IMG/VR virus record: IMGVR_UViG_3300045988_159113
DNA from: a virus
Direction: 5' to 3' (one strand)
DNA length: 64,000 nucleotides
In this document: positions 43,801-50,102 of the stretch, in pieces
Layout of the letters: each line of letters starts with the position of its first letter
How positions within the stretch are numbered: position 1 is the stretch's first letter
Translations under genes and position numbers: made by a program
Notes under the pieces: model-generated
Seen by the model: only the letters and a program-made list of their open reading frames with translations
What the model was told of the DNA's origin: nothing
The model's database searches: none

Positions 43801-44452
43801 ATCAAAAGCTTCATTTTTATTGTCGTATATATATAATACAGAACGAATAAAAGATTTAGTTCCATATTTTTTTACAGCATATTGAAATGGTGTTTTTGGA
43901 TACATATAACTTGATGGCTTGTTTACATAAACACCACAACCGATATATCCATCAAAGATTTCTGGGTTTTCTGTTTTGTGTACTCCAACATAAATTCTAT
44001 TTATACCATTAATTTTGGATTTTATGTTTGTTGTTAAGTAAACTATATATTTCATAGCAATTCAGTTTTTCGACTATTTTTTTTAGTCTACGGCTTTCGC
44101 CTAGTCGTTGAACACTCCAGCCATCGCTGGCATGCTGCTGATTGTCCTTTTAGGATTTTCCAGCAATTTAAAGAATTTATTCATGTCGTATCACTACGAC
44201 CGTGTACTTAATTATTAAATACATTGAGTTGATGCTCTGATACTTATTCCCAGACTTGTTATCCTAGTAGAAAATGTTTCTCAGAGACTCGGTGAGGTAG
44301 GCTGCGGTGCAGTCCTCATACATACGGCTCACTACGCCGAAGAGCTCCGGCTTTGTACCAAGAATCTTGCTAAAAGACTCATAGGTTCTTGTACTGCCCA
44401 TTTCAGGGTTCAGATTTTTAAAAGTTGCAACTTGCATAATTTTACTGATCAA
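37747..44452 (-). CDS. Putative major capsid protein gene, split into 11 exons by 10 internal group I introns (mature ORF about 461 aa)
   Basis: Exons on the minus strand: E1 44452-44219, E2 42907-~42596, E3 ~42394-42383, E4 42172-41967, E5 41760-~41753, E6 41569-41523, E7 40253-40236, E8 40031-39899, E9 39707-39513, E10 39303-39212, E11 37875-37747 (TAA). They sum to 1,386 nt, in frame. The capsid call rests on position (just after the scaffold-like gene), size and codon bias, not on a search. Confidence 0.6.
37876..39211 (-). mobile_element. Group I intron I10 (subfamily A) carrying a GIY-YIG HEG
   Basis: P1 GGAGAT|TGACGGATAGTCTCC with a U.G pair at the 5' splice site. P AATTGCTGGG (~39190), Q AATCAGCAGC (~39095), R GTTCAACGACTAG 39036-39048 (inside HEG codons 7-11), S GATATAGTCTGAAC 37906-37919. 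The junction keeps the frame (..LKGGD|YIQNE..). Confidence 0.8.
37927..39066 (-). CDS. GIY-YIG homing endonuclease with repeated NUMOD1-like DNA-binding modules (379 aa)
   Basis: Intact track ORF. KFIVYLTVNTQNNKIYIGVHKT is the GIY-YIG pattern. Three C-terminal repeats follow the pattern Y.FDLNGEFI..Y.S...A. No TAG. Confidence 0.85.
   Translation of the reverse strand: MKPMNNVQRLAFKSIDFYQKIKMENDIKKFIVYLTVNTQNNKIYIGVHKTNPNIFDYYYGNGIYSNMPSTYRKPKTNFGNAIKKYGFGKFKRYTIGIYDTEEEALLVEQLLVDNKFINRNDTYNQTTGGIHSLKFEIPIYQFDLNGEFIAKYKSVKIASESVGANTSSALISAYKTKTSYLNFLWSTDPEINLADFKITTFCKTVYKFDRYCNLINVFSSLSQAALDADVSSEQIKNAIYKQTAINKFYYSYNERISLHVDLQRIVFRYDLNGNFIDSDCIENFCERFSLTPLRLHKVASSGLCIRNFQWNFENPLKMHDITSRVGKGAKRKVGQYTKEGELVKVFESVKSCRKEFTNVGRCLSGKVDMAKGFVFKYIE
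39212..39303 (-). CDS. Capsid exon 10 (..EKGYALCLDLTADKSSTQPPIAMFTLKGGD)
   Basis: Bounded by the I9 terminal G (39304) and the I10 U.G splice site. Its phase matches E9 (1 nt carried over) and E11. Confidence 0.65.
39304..39512 (-). mobile_element. Group I intron I9 (subfamily B, ORF-less, 209 nt)
   Basis: P1 GGTT|TAATTCTTAGACC (U.G). P AATCCAGGAAAG and Q AATCTGGAGC covary (CCAG/CTGG). R TCTAACGACTAG ~39395-39407; S GATATAGTCTGATC 39333-39346. 3' end CTAACACAAATG. Confidence 0.75.
39513..39707 (-). CDS. Capsid exon 9 (..NERFWHSVQAELFDFLAHFHADNTFLWSKQANDYVKVGATFDTYEFGGNSITFAVDRTFSREYG.)
   Basis: Contains most of track ORF 39487..39672. An in-frame TGA 5 nt upstream of the predicted 3' splice site shows the exon cannot start earlier. 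Confidence 0.7.
39708..39898 (-). mobile_element. Group I intron I8 (subfamily A, ORF-less, 191 nt)
   Basis: P1 ATCT|CAAGTTAGGGAT (U.G). P AATTGCTGGAAAG, Q AATCAGCAG, R ATTCAACGACTAC ~39784-39796, S GATATAGTCTGAAT 39721-39734. The junction T|GT restores a Cys codon in frame. Confidence 0.75.
39899..40031 (-). CDS. Capsid exon 8 (IIPQVERFASKYAYNKLSMEVFRTVLSMMGEKAQKPTGNKYVFI.)
   Basis: Open frame between the predicted I7 3' and I8 5' splice sites. 133 nt, consistent with the phase of E9. Confidence 0.65.
40032..40235 (-). mobile_element. Group I intron I7 (subfamily B, ORF-less, 204 nt)
   Basis: P1 GGGT|AGAGTAATGCCC (U.G). P AAATCGGTGAAC and Q AATACCGAGC covary (CGGT/ACCG). R GTAACGACTAG ~40138-40150; S GATATAGTCTAAAC 40088-40101. 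Confidence 0.75.
40236..40253 (-). CDS. Capsid micro-exon 7 (18 nt, IYIGEG)
   Basis: Lies between the terminal G of I6 (40254) and the U.G splice site of I7. In frame with E6 (..TNRP) and E8 (IIPQ..). Confidence 0.6.
40254..41522 (-). mobile_element. Group I intron I6 (subfamily A) carrying a GIY-YIG HEG
   Basis: P1 ACCT|ATATATAAATGGGT (U.G). P AATTGCTGGAAAC, Q AACCAGCAGC, R GTTCAACGACTG ~41403-41414, S GGTATAGTCTGAAC 40282-40295 (1 nt after the HEG stop). 3' end GATAACAGTTTG. Confidence 0.8.
40297..41361 (-). CDS. GIY-YIG homing endonuclease with NUMOD1-like repeats (354 aa)
   Basis: Intact track ORF. MKFIVFETINLDNGKIYVGIHKV is the GIY-YIG pattern. No TAG; TAA stop. Confidence 0.85.
   Translation of the reverse strand: MKFIVFETINLDNGKIYVGIHKVNDPEVFDGYLGDGVDIHLPESYNKSKTQLQSAVQRHGINAFKRITLKEFNNINDATDFYMLIVNEDFIKRTDNYNSIASPSICSRQRVNAFTFSGGHVGKWDSVDEAADDLHVSKEHVIICINTRTNCKDVYLSFDESIDVDLYSNMPRGAIAQYNRDGILINTYRDIPSAAAQLDIPKDAIARAVSMRSTCSGYRFMRVSEDIRKVLGKKSAIELTTTVPVYRYTLKGEFDAAFDSIKEAAKGTPNISTGKIIRAIKMNRACRGYKWSYDKMDKWIATNAPVARKVEQYDLKGNLVKLYSSTKELTEEQIRILRKPMVNDPYILKYKKMS
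41523..41569 (-). CDS. Capsid exon 6 (47 nt, ..ANGKPTIFDPDTNRP)
   Basis: Bounded by the I5 terminal G (41570) and the I6 U.G splice site. Confidence 0.6.
41570..41752 (-). mobile_element. Group I intron I5 (subfamily A, ORF-less, ~183 nt; 5' boundary tentative)
   Basis: P AATTGCTGGAAAG, Q AATCAGCAGC, R GTTCAACGACTAC ~41637-41649, S GATATAGTCTAC 41576-41588. The preceding exon 5 can only be about 5-8 nt (41760 down to ~41753). Confidence 0.65.
41761..41966 (-). mobile_element. Group I intron I4 (subfamily A, ORF-less, 206 nt; 5' boundary tentative)
   Basis: P AATTGCTGGAAAATCC, Q AATCAGCAGC, R GTTCAACGACTAT ~41849-41861, S AATATAGTCTAAAC 41786-41799. 3' end AATTATTG (G at 41761). The 5' site was placed at the only U lying 46-50 nt upstream of P. 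Confidence 0.65.
41967..42172 (-). CDS. Capsid exon 4 (NISKMRNYITTHRCDDSFSSLYAAHEDTFISIGQGKDNGKLSETIYRLDKKEKALMESFMYVRNNGID.)
   Basis: Corresponds to track ORF 41903..42175 minus its intronic tail. Starts directly after the I3 terminal G (42173). Confidence 0.65.
42173..42382 (-). mobile_element. Group I intron I3 (subfamily A, ORF-less, ~210 nt; 5' boundary tentative)
   Basis: P AATTGCTGGGAAATCC, Q AATCAGCAGC, R GTTCAACGACTAG 42261-42273, S GATATAGTCTGATC 42201-42214. 3' end CTAACACATTG. Confidence 0.65.
42395..42595 (-). mobile_element. Group I intron I2 (subfamily A, ORF-less, ~200 nt; 5' boundary tentative)
   Basis: P AATTGCTGGAAGCC, Q AATCAGCAGC, R GTTCAACGATTAG 42483-42495, S GATATAATCTGAAC 42424-42437. 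3' end ATTAACAAAATTG (G at 42395). No convincing U.G P1 found for the 5' site. Confidence 0.6.
42596..42907 (-). CDS. Capsid exon 2 (FEWEVSTNDIKRIEFADVPVEDGANGSEITMAFKERYYEKYDIFQIDATGQQCFVVARPVRVSDNYWKV...; 3' end tentative)
   Basis: Track ORF 42497..42910. Its first sense codon follows the I1 terminal G (42908). Its last ~30 codons run into the I2 P element and so are intronic. Confidence 0.65.
42908..44218 (-). mobile_element. Group I intron I1 (subfamily A) carrying a GIY-YIG HEG
   Basis: P1 TGTAT|TTAATAATTAAGTACA with a U.G at the splice site. P2 GTCGTAGTGATACGAC, P AATTGCTGGAAAATCC, Q AATCAGCAGC, R GTTCAACGACTAG 44101-44113, S GATATAGTCTGAAC 42937-42950 (overlaps the HEG TGA). The junction ..NSMY|FEWE.. 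is in frame. Confidence 0.85.
42949..44055 (-). CDS. GIY-YIG homing endonuclease with NUMOD1-like repeats (368 aa)
   Basis: Intact track ORF. MKYIVYLTTNIKSKINGINRIYVGVHKT is the GIY-YIG pattern. Clearly paralogous to 37927..39066 and 40297..41361. No TAG. Confidence 0.85.
   Translation of the reverse strand: MKYIVYLTTNIKSKINGINRIYVGVHKTENPEIFDGYIGCGVYVNKPSSYMYPKTPFQYAVKKYGTKSFIRSVLYIYDNKNEAFDKERKIVDFNFIKQDYTYNIAIGGIGGSLECISPKVHSKILYQFDLNGELLKKWDSTLDACDFYGFEYSRFNWAITDKTIFLNSLWSREETIDIKKFTQKIYKITYLYNSSGKLVSYFCSRKECANYLKCTSQSISNAIRNQTKIKNMFVSDSLYDEFIPKNRAQIKNAHIFLYKFGSGFIGEFVGKEIMNAIKLHSFKKINAAINDNCGWYKDYYLSLEKISEMPNKHSHMRKIEVYDKCGNLIEILDSVKVMKEKYNLNSASASRILKGIKEHGDFIFKYSK
44219..44452 (-). CDS. 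Capsid exon 1 (MISKIMQVATFKNLNPEMGSTRTYESF...LRNIFYQDNKSGNKYQSINSMY, one TAG)
   Basis: Track ORF 44264..44452 extended through TAG 44264 to the U.G splice site predicted in P1 of I1. Confidence 0.7.
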
Positions 44453-44474
44453 AAAGGTTATCGCACCTTATCGA

Positions 44475-45542
44475 TCATACATCTAAATCGTCGATCGACA
44501 AGGCTTTGTCTGTATTCTTTGCCTTGGGCTTGACCACGACTTTGCTTTCAGTTGACTTTTTAGTTCCCTTTGATATCCCCTGCTCATACCCAGCTCTGTG
44601 GGCCTGTGCAATTTGCGACTTGTAATAATCACTGATGCTATTGATGACATCCTCGCCACGAAGAGCGAACCATGCCATACGAACCAATGTGTCTGGATCA
44701 TTCAATGCTTTTGACATATAATTGACTCCTGCTTGGTCGTGTCCAGTGATAAATGTGTACAACTCGTTCATATCGTCTTCGGACATTGCGACGTCCAAAT
44801 CTCCGATACTTGTAAAATCTTGAATTGAATTGGCGATACCACCAGCGAACTGTCTATACATCTCCTGTTGCTGTTGGGCCTCCAAAGCTGCATCTTGGCG
44901 ATTACGGTCATCTTCAAGTTTCTTGTACTCATCCCTGATTCCTGCGATCTCTTTCGCGAAAAGATCAGGATCGGATGTTGCCCTATCTAAGGCAGTCGCG
45001 AGTTCGTCTTCCGTGATGTCCTTGACACGCGCCTGCATATCCAACACGTAGAGTTCCTCATCAGTCAGATCGTCTACTGTATAGTGCGGCTGCTGTGATT
45101 GCATGATCTTATCAGTAGCAGCACGCGCTCCTTGATTATGCAACATTGCTGCATACTCTGCGGGGCTCATACCAGAAAGGCGTAATCTGTTTATCAAATC
45201 GATCTCATCATCATCAAGATCATCTTCATCGCGTTCTGTCTCACGAGGTCCATCTTTAAGGATTGCGAACTGCTCCTCACGGCTCAGATCGTTCCAGTCT
45301 ACCTCCTCAATCTCACCATCATCATTTGCGATCTTAATCTTGCTGGGATCATCAATTCCCTTGCTCTTCAGGACATCTGTAATAACGTCCCCATCATCTG
45401 AACCTTCGCCATTATCTGGGTCTGGTTCACTTGTCCAACCAGGTGGAGTGGTCTGTTCTCCTCCGTTCTGCTGGTTATCTTCTCCTCCGTTGTCAAGATC
45501 ACTGAGATCGACAACGTCCAAATCGTCAATTGTTGCTGCCAT
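44475..45542 (-). CDS. Acidic coiled-coil protein, putative head scaffolding protein (355 aa, no TAG)
   Basis: Intact track ORF, very Asp/Glu-rich, with Gln-rich predicted helices. IDDLDV is repeated at both termini. Lies immediately upstream of the capsid gene. Confidence 0.65.
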   Translation of the reverse strand: MAATIDDLDVVDLSDLDNGGEDNQQNGGEQTTPPGWTSEPDPDNGEGSDDGDVITDVLKSKGIDDPSKIKIANDDGEIEEVDWNDLSREEQFAILKDGPRETERDEDDLDDDEIDLINRLRLSGMSPAEYAAMLHNQGARAATDKIMQSQQPHYTVDDLTDEELYVLDMQARVKDITEDELATALDRATSDPDLFAKEIAGIRDEYKKLEDDRNRQDAALEAQQQQEMYRQFAGGIANSIQDFTSIGDLDVAMSEDDMNELYTFITGHDQAGVNYMSKALNDPDTLVRMAWFALRGEDVINSISDYYKSQIAQAHRAGYEQGISKGTKKSTESKVVVKPKAKNTDKALSIDDLDV

Positions 45543-45574
45543 AGTATTTTATCATTTAATCATTAATCCATCAA

Positions 45575-45620
45575 ACAAAAAAGGCCCCTCGGAATAGAAT
45601 CCGAAAGGCCCCAAAAAATA
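45575..45620. terminator. Bidirectional-looking rho-independent terminator
   Basis: Hairpin ggcccctcgga/tccgaaaggcccc (45584-45613), flanked by A-runs on both sides of the plus strand. Confidence 0.65.
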
Positions 45621-45756
45621 TATATAAAATGAAAACAAGAATCCTGTCTCACCCGTTCTTTATAATACATTAATCTATTATACCCGCTACGTCGCCGACG
45701 GTACACCTACCTTCTACATTCGAACGAGTTTTACATATTGCCTTTTCATTATTCTG

Positions 45757-45772
45757 TCGCAATTATACTATT
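45757..45772 (-). promoter_or_regulatory. Promoter-like motif, copy 4 (AAAAAAAATAGTATAATTGCGA)
   Basis: Same TAnTATAATTG core; about 215 nt upstream of scaffold ATG 45542. Confidence 0.35.
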
Positions 45773-45785
45773 TTTTTTATTTGTT

Positions 45786-46181
45786 TTACATCATCTCCTC
45801 CCAATCAATAGGAACGCCCTTTTTCACGGTGTCTATATAGAATCTGCTGAATGGCATCCCGTCATATGCATCCTCATCATCTATATAGTCCTTGATATAC
45901 CTAGCAAGCTATATGTCATTTTGTATTGATGACCCATAAAAATCTGAATAGGCCATGTTGGCGACGTAGACATAATCATATAACTTGTTGTGTTCAAGGG
46001 TTATATTCGCATTTTGGAGGTAGTTGTCGACGCTTGACTTATCCAGCGGGTTGATGGTAGAGCCTCCCTTCTACATCATCTATACGGCAAACTCGCACAT
46101 CTTGCGCGTGAAATGCCAACCATAGTATGAAAGGTACCTCTTCATTCCCGCCGGACGGTCATCATATTGGTCAAGAGTCAT
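45786..46181 (-). CDS. Hypothetical protein (131 aa, three TAG), invisible to standard-code ORF calling
   Basis: Hand translation gives MTLDQYDDRPAGMKRYLSYYGWHFTRKMCEFAVQMMQKGGSTINPLDKSSVDNYLQNANITLEHNKLYDYVYVANMAYSDFYG...WEEMM*. TAA at 45786-45788. The ATG overlaps the end of the previous gene. Confidence 0.6.
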
Positions 46182-46335
46182 ATCTTGAATCATAACGGGA
46201 GCGTCTTCTTGTTGGCTGATATTCCTCTCTCTCATCTTCGAGCATCTCTTTCACAGCCTTTGCCTTCTTCTCTATGCACGATACGAACTCCATGAGTCTC
46301 TCGTAGTTGTCGCTTGTGTACTCCATGATTATCAT
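46171..46335 (-). CDS. Small hypothetical protein (54 aa)
   Basis: MIIMEYTSDNYERLMEFVSCIEKKAKAVKEMLEDEREEY... The ATG lies 1 nt after the upstream TAA. TGA 46171-46173 overlaps the next gene's start region. Confidence 0.45.
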   Translation of the reverse strand: MIIMEYTSDNYERLMEFVSCIEKKAKAVKEMLEDEREEYQPTRRRSRYDSRYDS

Positions 46336-46336
46336 T

Positions 46337-46813
46337 TTATTTTGTAGTTATCAAAGTCAGTATTTTATCAATCTTTCCAGCTACACCATCGAACCGTTCT
46401 TCGAGACTCGTGAGCCTTTCATCTCTCTCTTTATCTCTCGCGAACTATGGGTTCAGAGTTTTCAGTATCTCCTCACACTATCCGATGTTGTTTTTATATC
46501 TATCAATATTTTCCAATGCTTGTTTTGAGTTATGAAGTATAGCTTCCACGTCTTGCTACAGTCCCTGCTTTGTTTCGCTTATGACAATATTGCCGTTGCC
46601 ATATGAGACAATAGTATTTGAGAACGGGATGCTATTGTAGTCGATAGTGTTTCCGTCTACATTAACCCTAAGATCCAAGCATTGCTAATTTGGCATACCT
46701 CCTATCATGGGCTTTGGCGCGCTTGTATAGATTACCTCTCCTGTTTTCAGGCGTACGCCGTCGGTCTTGTCTAATATATACACAACCCCGCCCTGTCTTA
46801 AAGATCCAAACAT
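46337..46813 (-). CDS. Hypothetical protein (158 aa, four TAG), invisible to standard-code ORF calling
   Basis: MFGSLRQGGVVYILDKTDGVRLKTGEVIYTSAPKPMIGG...LTSLEERFDGVAGKIDKILTLITTK*. The ATG overlaps the upstream TAA (TAATG, 46811-46815). TAA at 46337-46339. Confidence 0.6.
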
Positions 46814-47130
46814 TACACAAACAAGATTATCCGGTTCGTTGTTTTATTAAAAGACAACAGATGAGTACCAGCTGCAAGAGTGGTAAGTGCTGCGTCTGCA
46901 TTATTAGTAAGATGCAGGGTTTGGTTGTTAACCTATAACTCAACACCTGTAACAGTTGTTGCTGAAGATGTCGGGATATTCACAACTATAAGCCCAGCCT
47001 AGCCAAGGAATCTGAACACATGATTTGGCAATGTGTAGATAGCATTGGTGCTAACCGATCCTGCATCCGATAGGGTCGCTGCAACATAAGGAATCCCTCC
47101 CCTGTTACCAATATATCCAGTTACTGCCAT
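46813..47130 (-). CDS. Hypothetical protein (105 aa, two TAG)
   Basis: The in-frame part of track ORF 46999..47244, starting at ATG 47128-47130 (1 nt after the upstream TGA). Continues through TAG 46999 and 46933 to TAA 46813-46815. Confidence 0.55.
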
Positions 47131-47131
47131 A

Positions 47132-48055
47132 TCAAGTCCAGAATGTAGTGGTTCCGTTGTTGTAATACTGAGAAGCTGGAACAGCCACCAGATTTGGATA
47201 TTGCACAGTAGTTGTGCTTGGCTGGTTCTGCTTGATTTCTGCAAGTTCTTTCTACAACGGTGCTATCATAGCTGCCATTGCCTGGTTCTGCTGCTCTTGG
47301 CTTATCTAGCTCTGGAGCCGTGTCTTTGTCTCCTGTAACTCATTGATGCGATCCTGTAAAGCTGAGTTCTGCATCTGGTCAAGCTTTGCAAGAATAGCGT
47401 TTGTGTTTACAGTTGCTGTATCTTTGATACTCTGAACAGAACTTGAGATATTGTTGTTTATTGCGCAAGTCTGAGCTTGTGTCTCGTAAGCATTAGCGCT
47501 GAATCCCTGATCCATTCCTGTCCTTAATGTTCCAATCTGGTTGCTGAGAGCATTGACAGAGTTAATGGTTGCTATCTGATTCTGATAGTTGCCGTTTGTG
47601 ATAGCCTCGCGTACATTGCAGCAGCATTGGCTCATCTGCTAAGCGATAGACATATTGCCCTACTGTACACTGTTGATAACTTGCTGACCAGTCATTCCAA
47701 CCTGGCTACCTACCTGTGTTATAGCATTCTATACCTGGTTAACTGCTGTCTGGATACTGTTGACGTCACAGTTCAGAGTAGTTGCCAGCTAACCTATGGA
47801 GTTTGCGTTTCCGTGAATGGCGCTCATCAAGAGATCACGCTCTGCTGTGCTTGCTATTGTCTCGGTTATATTGCCACGATTGTTTCCAAACCATCCATTC
47901 CCACCTATACCATAAAGGAAGAAAAGGAAGATAACCCAAATCCAATTTCCGCCACCGAAACCATTTCCGTTGCCCATCATCGACAATAAGAGATTGGGAT
48001 CTACCTGGCTGCCACTCCCGGCATCAGGTAACATATAAACTTTGCTGTCTGACAT
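47132..48055 (-). CDS. Membrane-anchored Gln/Asn-rich protein (307 aa, six TAG): N-terminal Gly-rich transmembrane segment and a CCC motif
   Basis: Track ORFs 47789..48055 and 47306..47635 are in the same frame. The gap was hand-translated and contains TAG only. GNGNGFGGGNWIWVIFLFFLYGIGGNGWFG is a plausible transmembrane helix. TGA at 47132-47134. Confidence 0.7.
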
Positions 48056-48135
48056 AATTGTTAAATTTTAAAAAGTTATACCTCGTCGCGACTATACAAT
48101 GATAAGACCGGAAACTTCCAAAAGCACAACGATGC

Positions 48136-48175
48136 CAGAAAAAACAAATGGGACCGCATGAATAATGCGATCCCA
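48136..48175 (-). terminator. Rho-independent terminator after the glycosyltransferase genes
   Basis: Hairpin gggaccgcat/atgcgatccc (48150-48174), followed on the minus strand by TTTGTTTTTTCTG. Confidence 0.65.
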
Positions 48176-48179
48176 TCGT

Positions 48180-49187
48180 TTAATTCGTTGCCAAAATATC
48201 TTTTGACTTTTCCAGGACTACGATATCCTGGAATTTATCTATATCCTATATGTCTGATGTGTAGGCTTTCTTTGGTATAAATACATCATTTTTTGATATA
48301 TCATACGGTCCAATTGATACGATCTTTTGACCATCGCCAAAAAAATTGTTCAATTTGTATGTATTCCAAGGGTGCAAAATCAAAACACCGATCCGAGCAT
48401 AAGATATAGACAGTGCAGTTTTCAGGAAATCCTGACAATTATAAAAAACAGGAATATCGTATTCTTTTAGTATCTCCTGTGTTCCGTCTGTGCTATTATC
48501 ACATACTATAACATGCTGATCTTTTAGGGAATCCAAACACTACCTGATAGTGCCTTTGTTGTTCTGTGTATAAAGCAAAACCTCGGTGTTATGTCCCCAT
48601 GTAAAATCCGCGTGATGTTCTGTGTACCCGTTGGGGTTTCTTTCATGATTATATAATAAGAACTGACCATAAGGTAGAATATCTAGACCTGTTGCGCAAT
48701 ACTTCTTGAGGTTTGTGATTATGAACTAATTTGTCATGTCTCTTGGAATCTTTCCGTCTCGAATGATTGGATGATGATTGTAATAATCCAAAACAAGCAA
48801 TGGAAAAAGATGTCCTTTTTTAAATCCCATGATAGCAGTTCCTATACATTCTGCGTTTCCAGCTATAAACTCACGCTCCAAAAGTTCTGATCTATCAAGT
48901 AAGTCATCGAGTGGCCTAAAACATTCAACATCAGTGTCGCAATAAATGCCACCATAATCTCGAAGAATTACAAAACGATAGTAGTCACTAAGATATGCGT
49001 AGTTTTTCATCAGCAAAGCATCCTATACGAATTGAGGCCCTGCTGAAAAATCAAAATCTTTGTCTGTCCATATTTTAATTTTAAAGGAAGGATTGAACCT
49101 TTTAAAAGACTCAATCCTCTCTTTTTGTATATCATCAAGTGGTTTTGTACCAAAATGAATGAAATGAATTTTTTTCTCAATTCCCAT
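48180..49187 (-). CDS. Glycosyltransferase, GT32-like (DXD sugar-binding region) with a C-terminal segment resembling a GT-A/GT2 N-terminus (335 aa, four TAG)
   Basis: Track ORFs 48726..49016 and 48246..48536 are in the same frame; the gaps were hand-translated. KKIHFIHFGTKPL...YLSDYYRFVILRDYGGIYCDTDVECFRPLD is the Gly_transf_sug/Och1-like pattern. Then VLLYTQNNKGTIRQCLDSLKDQHVIVCDNSTDGTQEIL. TAA at 48180-48182. Confidence 0.7.
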
Positions 49188-50100
49188 ATGCGTGGTCGCC
49201 GTTTCCTGACATGTCGTTTAGTCCAACGATGTCATCAATATCTCTATCATACAAGAATAAACGCCAGCCATTAAAGTTTATTAAAAAGTTCGTCTCTGTA
49301 AGAAGGAATGAATCCTTATGAATATAAAGATCGCCACGTGGTGCAAGACTTGTCATTTTTCCTTTAAATGGTATATACATACCTTTTGGAATAAATAACA
49401 TAGTCAGCTTTGAACCTCCAAACAAATCATCTGGGAAATGATTCAAAGGGAACAATAGCAGAAAGCGATGATCTCCTTTCCATGATTGGATGTCCTTATG
49501 TATAGAACTGTAAAACATCGAGTTTTTGTTTGGCGTCATCTGACTACCATCTTGTGTTTTATATCTGATGACATCATAGTTTGCACTGCTCATAAGAATA
49601 GGATTTCCTACGCTATCTTTATAAAACAGAGAAATACCCCAATTGTCGCTAACGCTATCAGGATGGTGTATTTCCTTTATCTTTTGAATAAATGGAACAT
49701 ATGCCTTTCGTGATGTACTAAGCATTACGCGCACAGATGTCTTTTTTGTTGGGTTGATCGTCACCATTATATATTTCATGTCAGCAGTTTTCTTGAAATC
49801 TGTCCATGATGCCAACGTTGCGCTTAATGACTTAACAAGCTAAGATGAGGAATTTAAAATAGAGCACGACTGCGGCTTGTCTCCATAATCCTTAAAACAT
49901 GCGAAAGAATACGTCTTGCCATTTTCAAGGTCAGAAATATCAGCTGTAAATGTTGCAGTGCTATACGTTCCTTTGTAGCAGTGAATCTCGCTTCCTCCTA
50001 CGACACTTGAATTTCCTGTTTTTGTTTTAAAGAAAATGAGATTGTCAGTGTTCTATCTTATCCAAATCTTGCTAAAAATTTGTTTTTCTTCTACTGCCAT
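49177..50100 (-). CDS. Hypothetical protein (307 aa, two TAG)
   Basis: Track ORF 49177..49815 extended upstream in frame through TAG 49840 and 50053 to ATG 50098-50100, which lies 2 nt after the upstream TAA. Confidence 0.65.
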
Positions 50101-50102
50101 AA

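Noticed and set aside
36800-44200. Regularly recurring ~13-nt motifs (agtcgttgaac, gctgctgatt, ttccagcaatt, cagactatatc) that at first glance resemble a CRISPR-like repeat/spacer array.
   Set aside because: The motifs are four different sequences in a fixed order with irregular spacing. They correspond to the group I intron R, Q, P and S core elements on the minus strand. There is no single direct repeat of 24-40 nt with uniform spacers.
45600-45790. tRNA or small RNA in the larger intergenic gaps (45600-45790, 48056-48180, 60181-60306, 26695-26880). In particular I looked for a suppressor tRNA to explain TAG decoding.
   Set aside because: I found no GTTCGAATC-type T-arm with matching acceptor stems and no cloverleaf by eye. 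The structured parts are simple terminator hairpins or a palindrome. A proper tRNAscan-SE/Infernal run is still needed, and the suppressor may lie outside this window.
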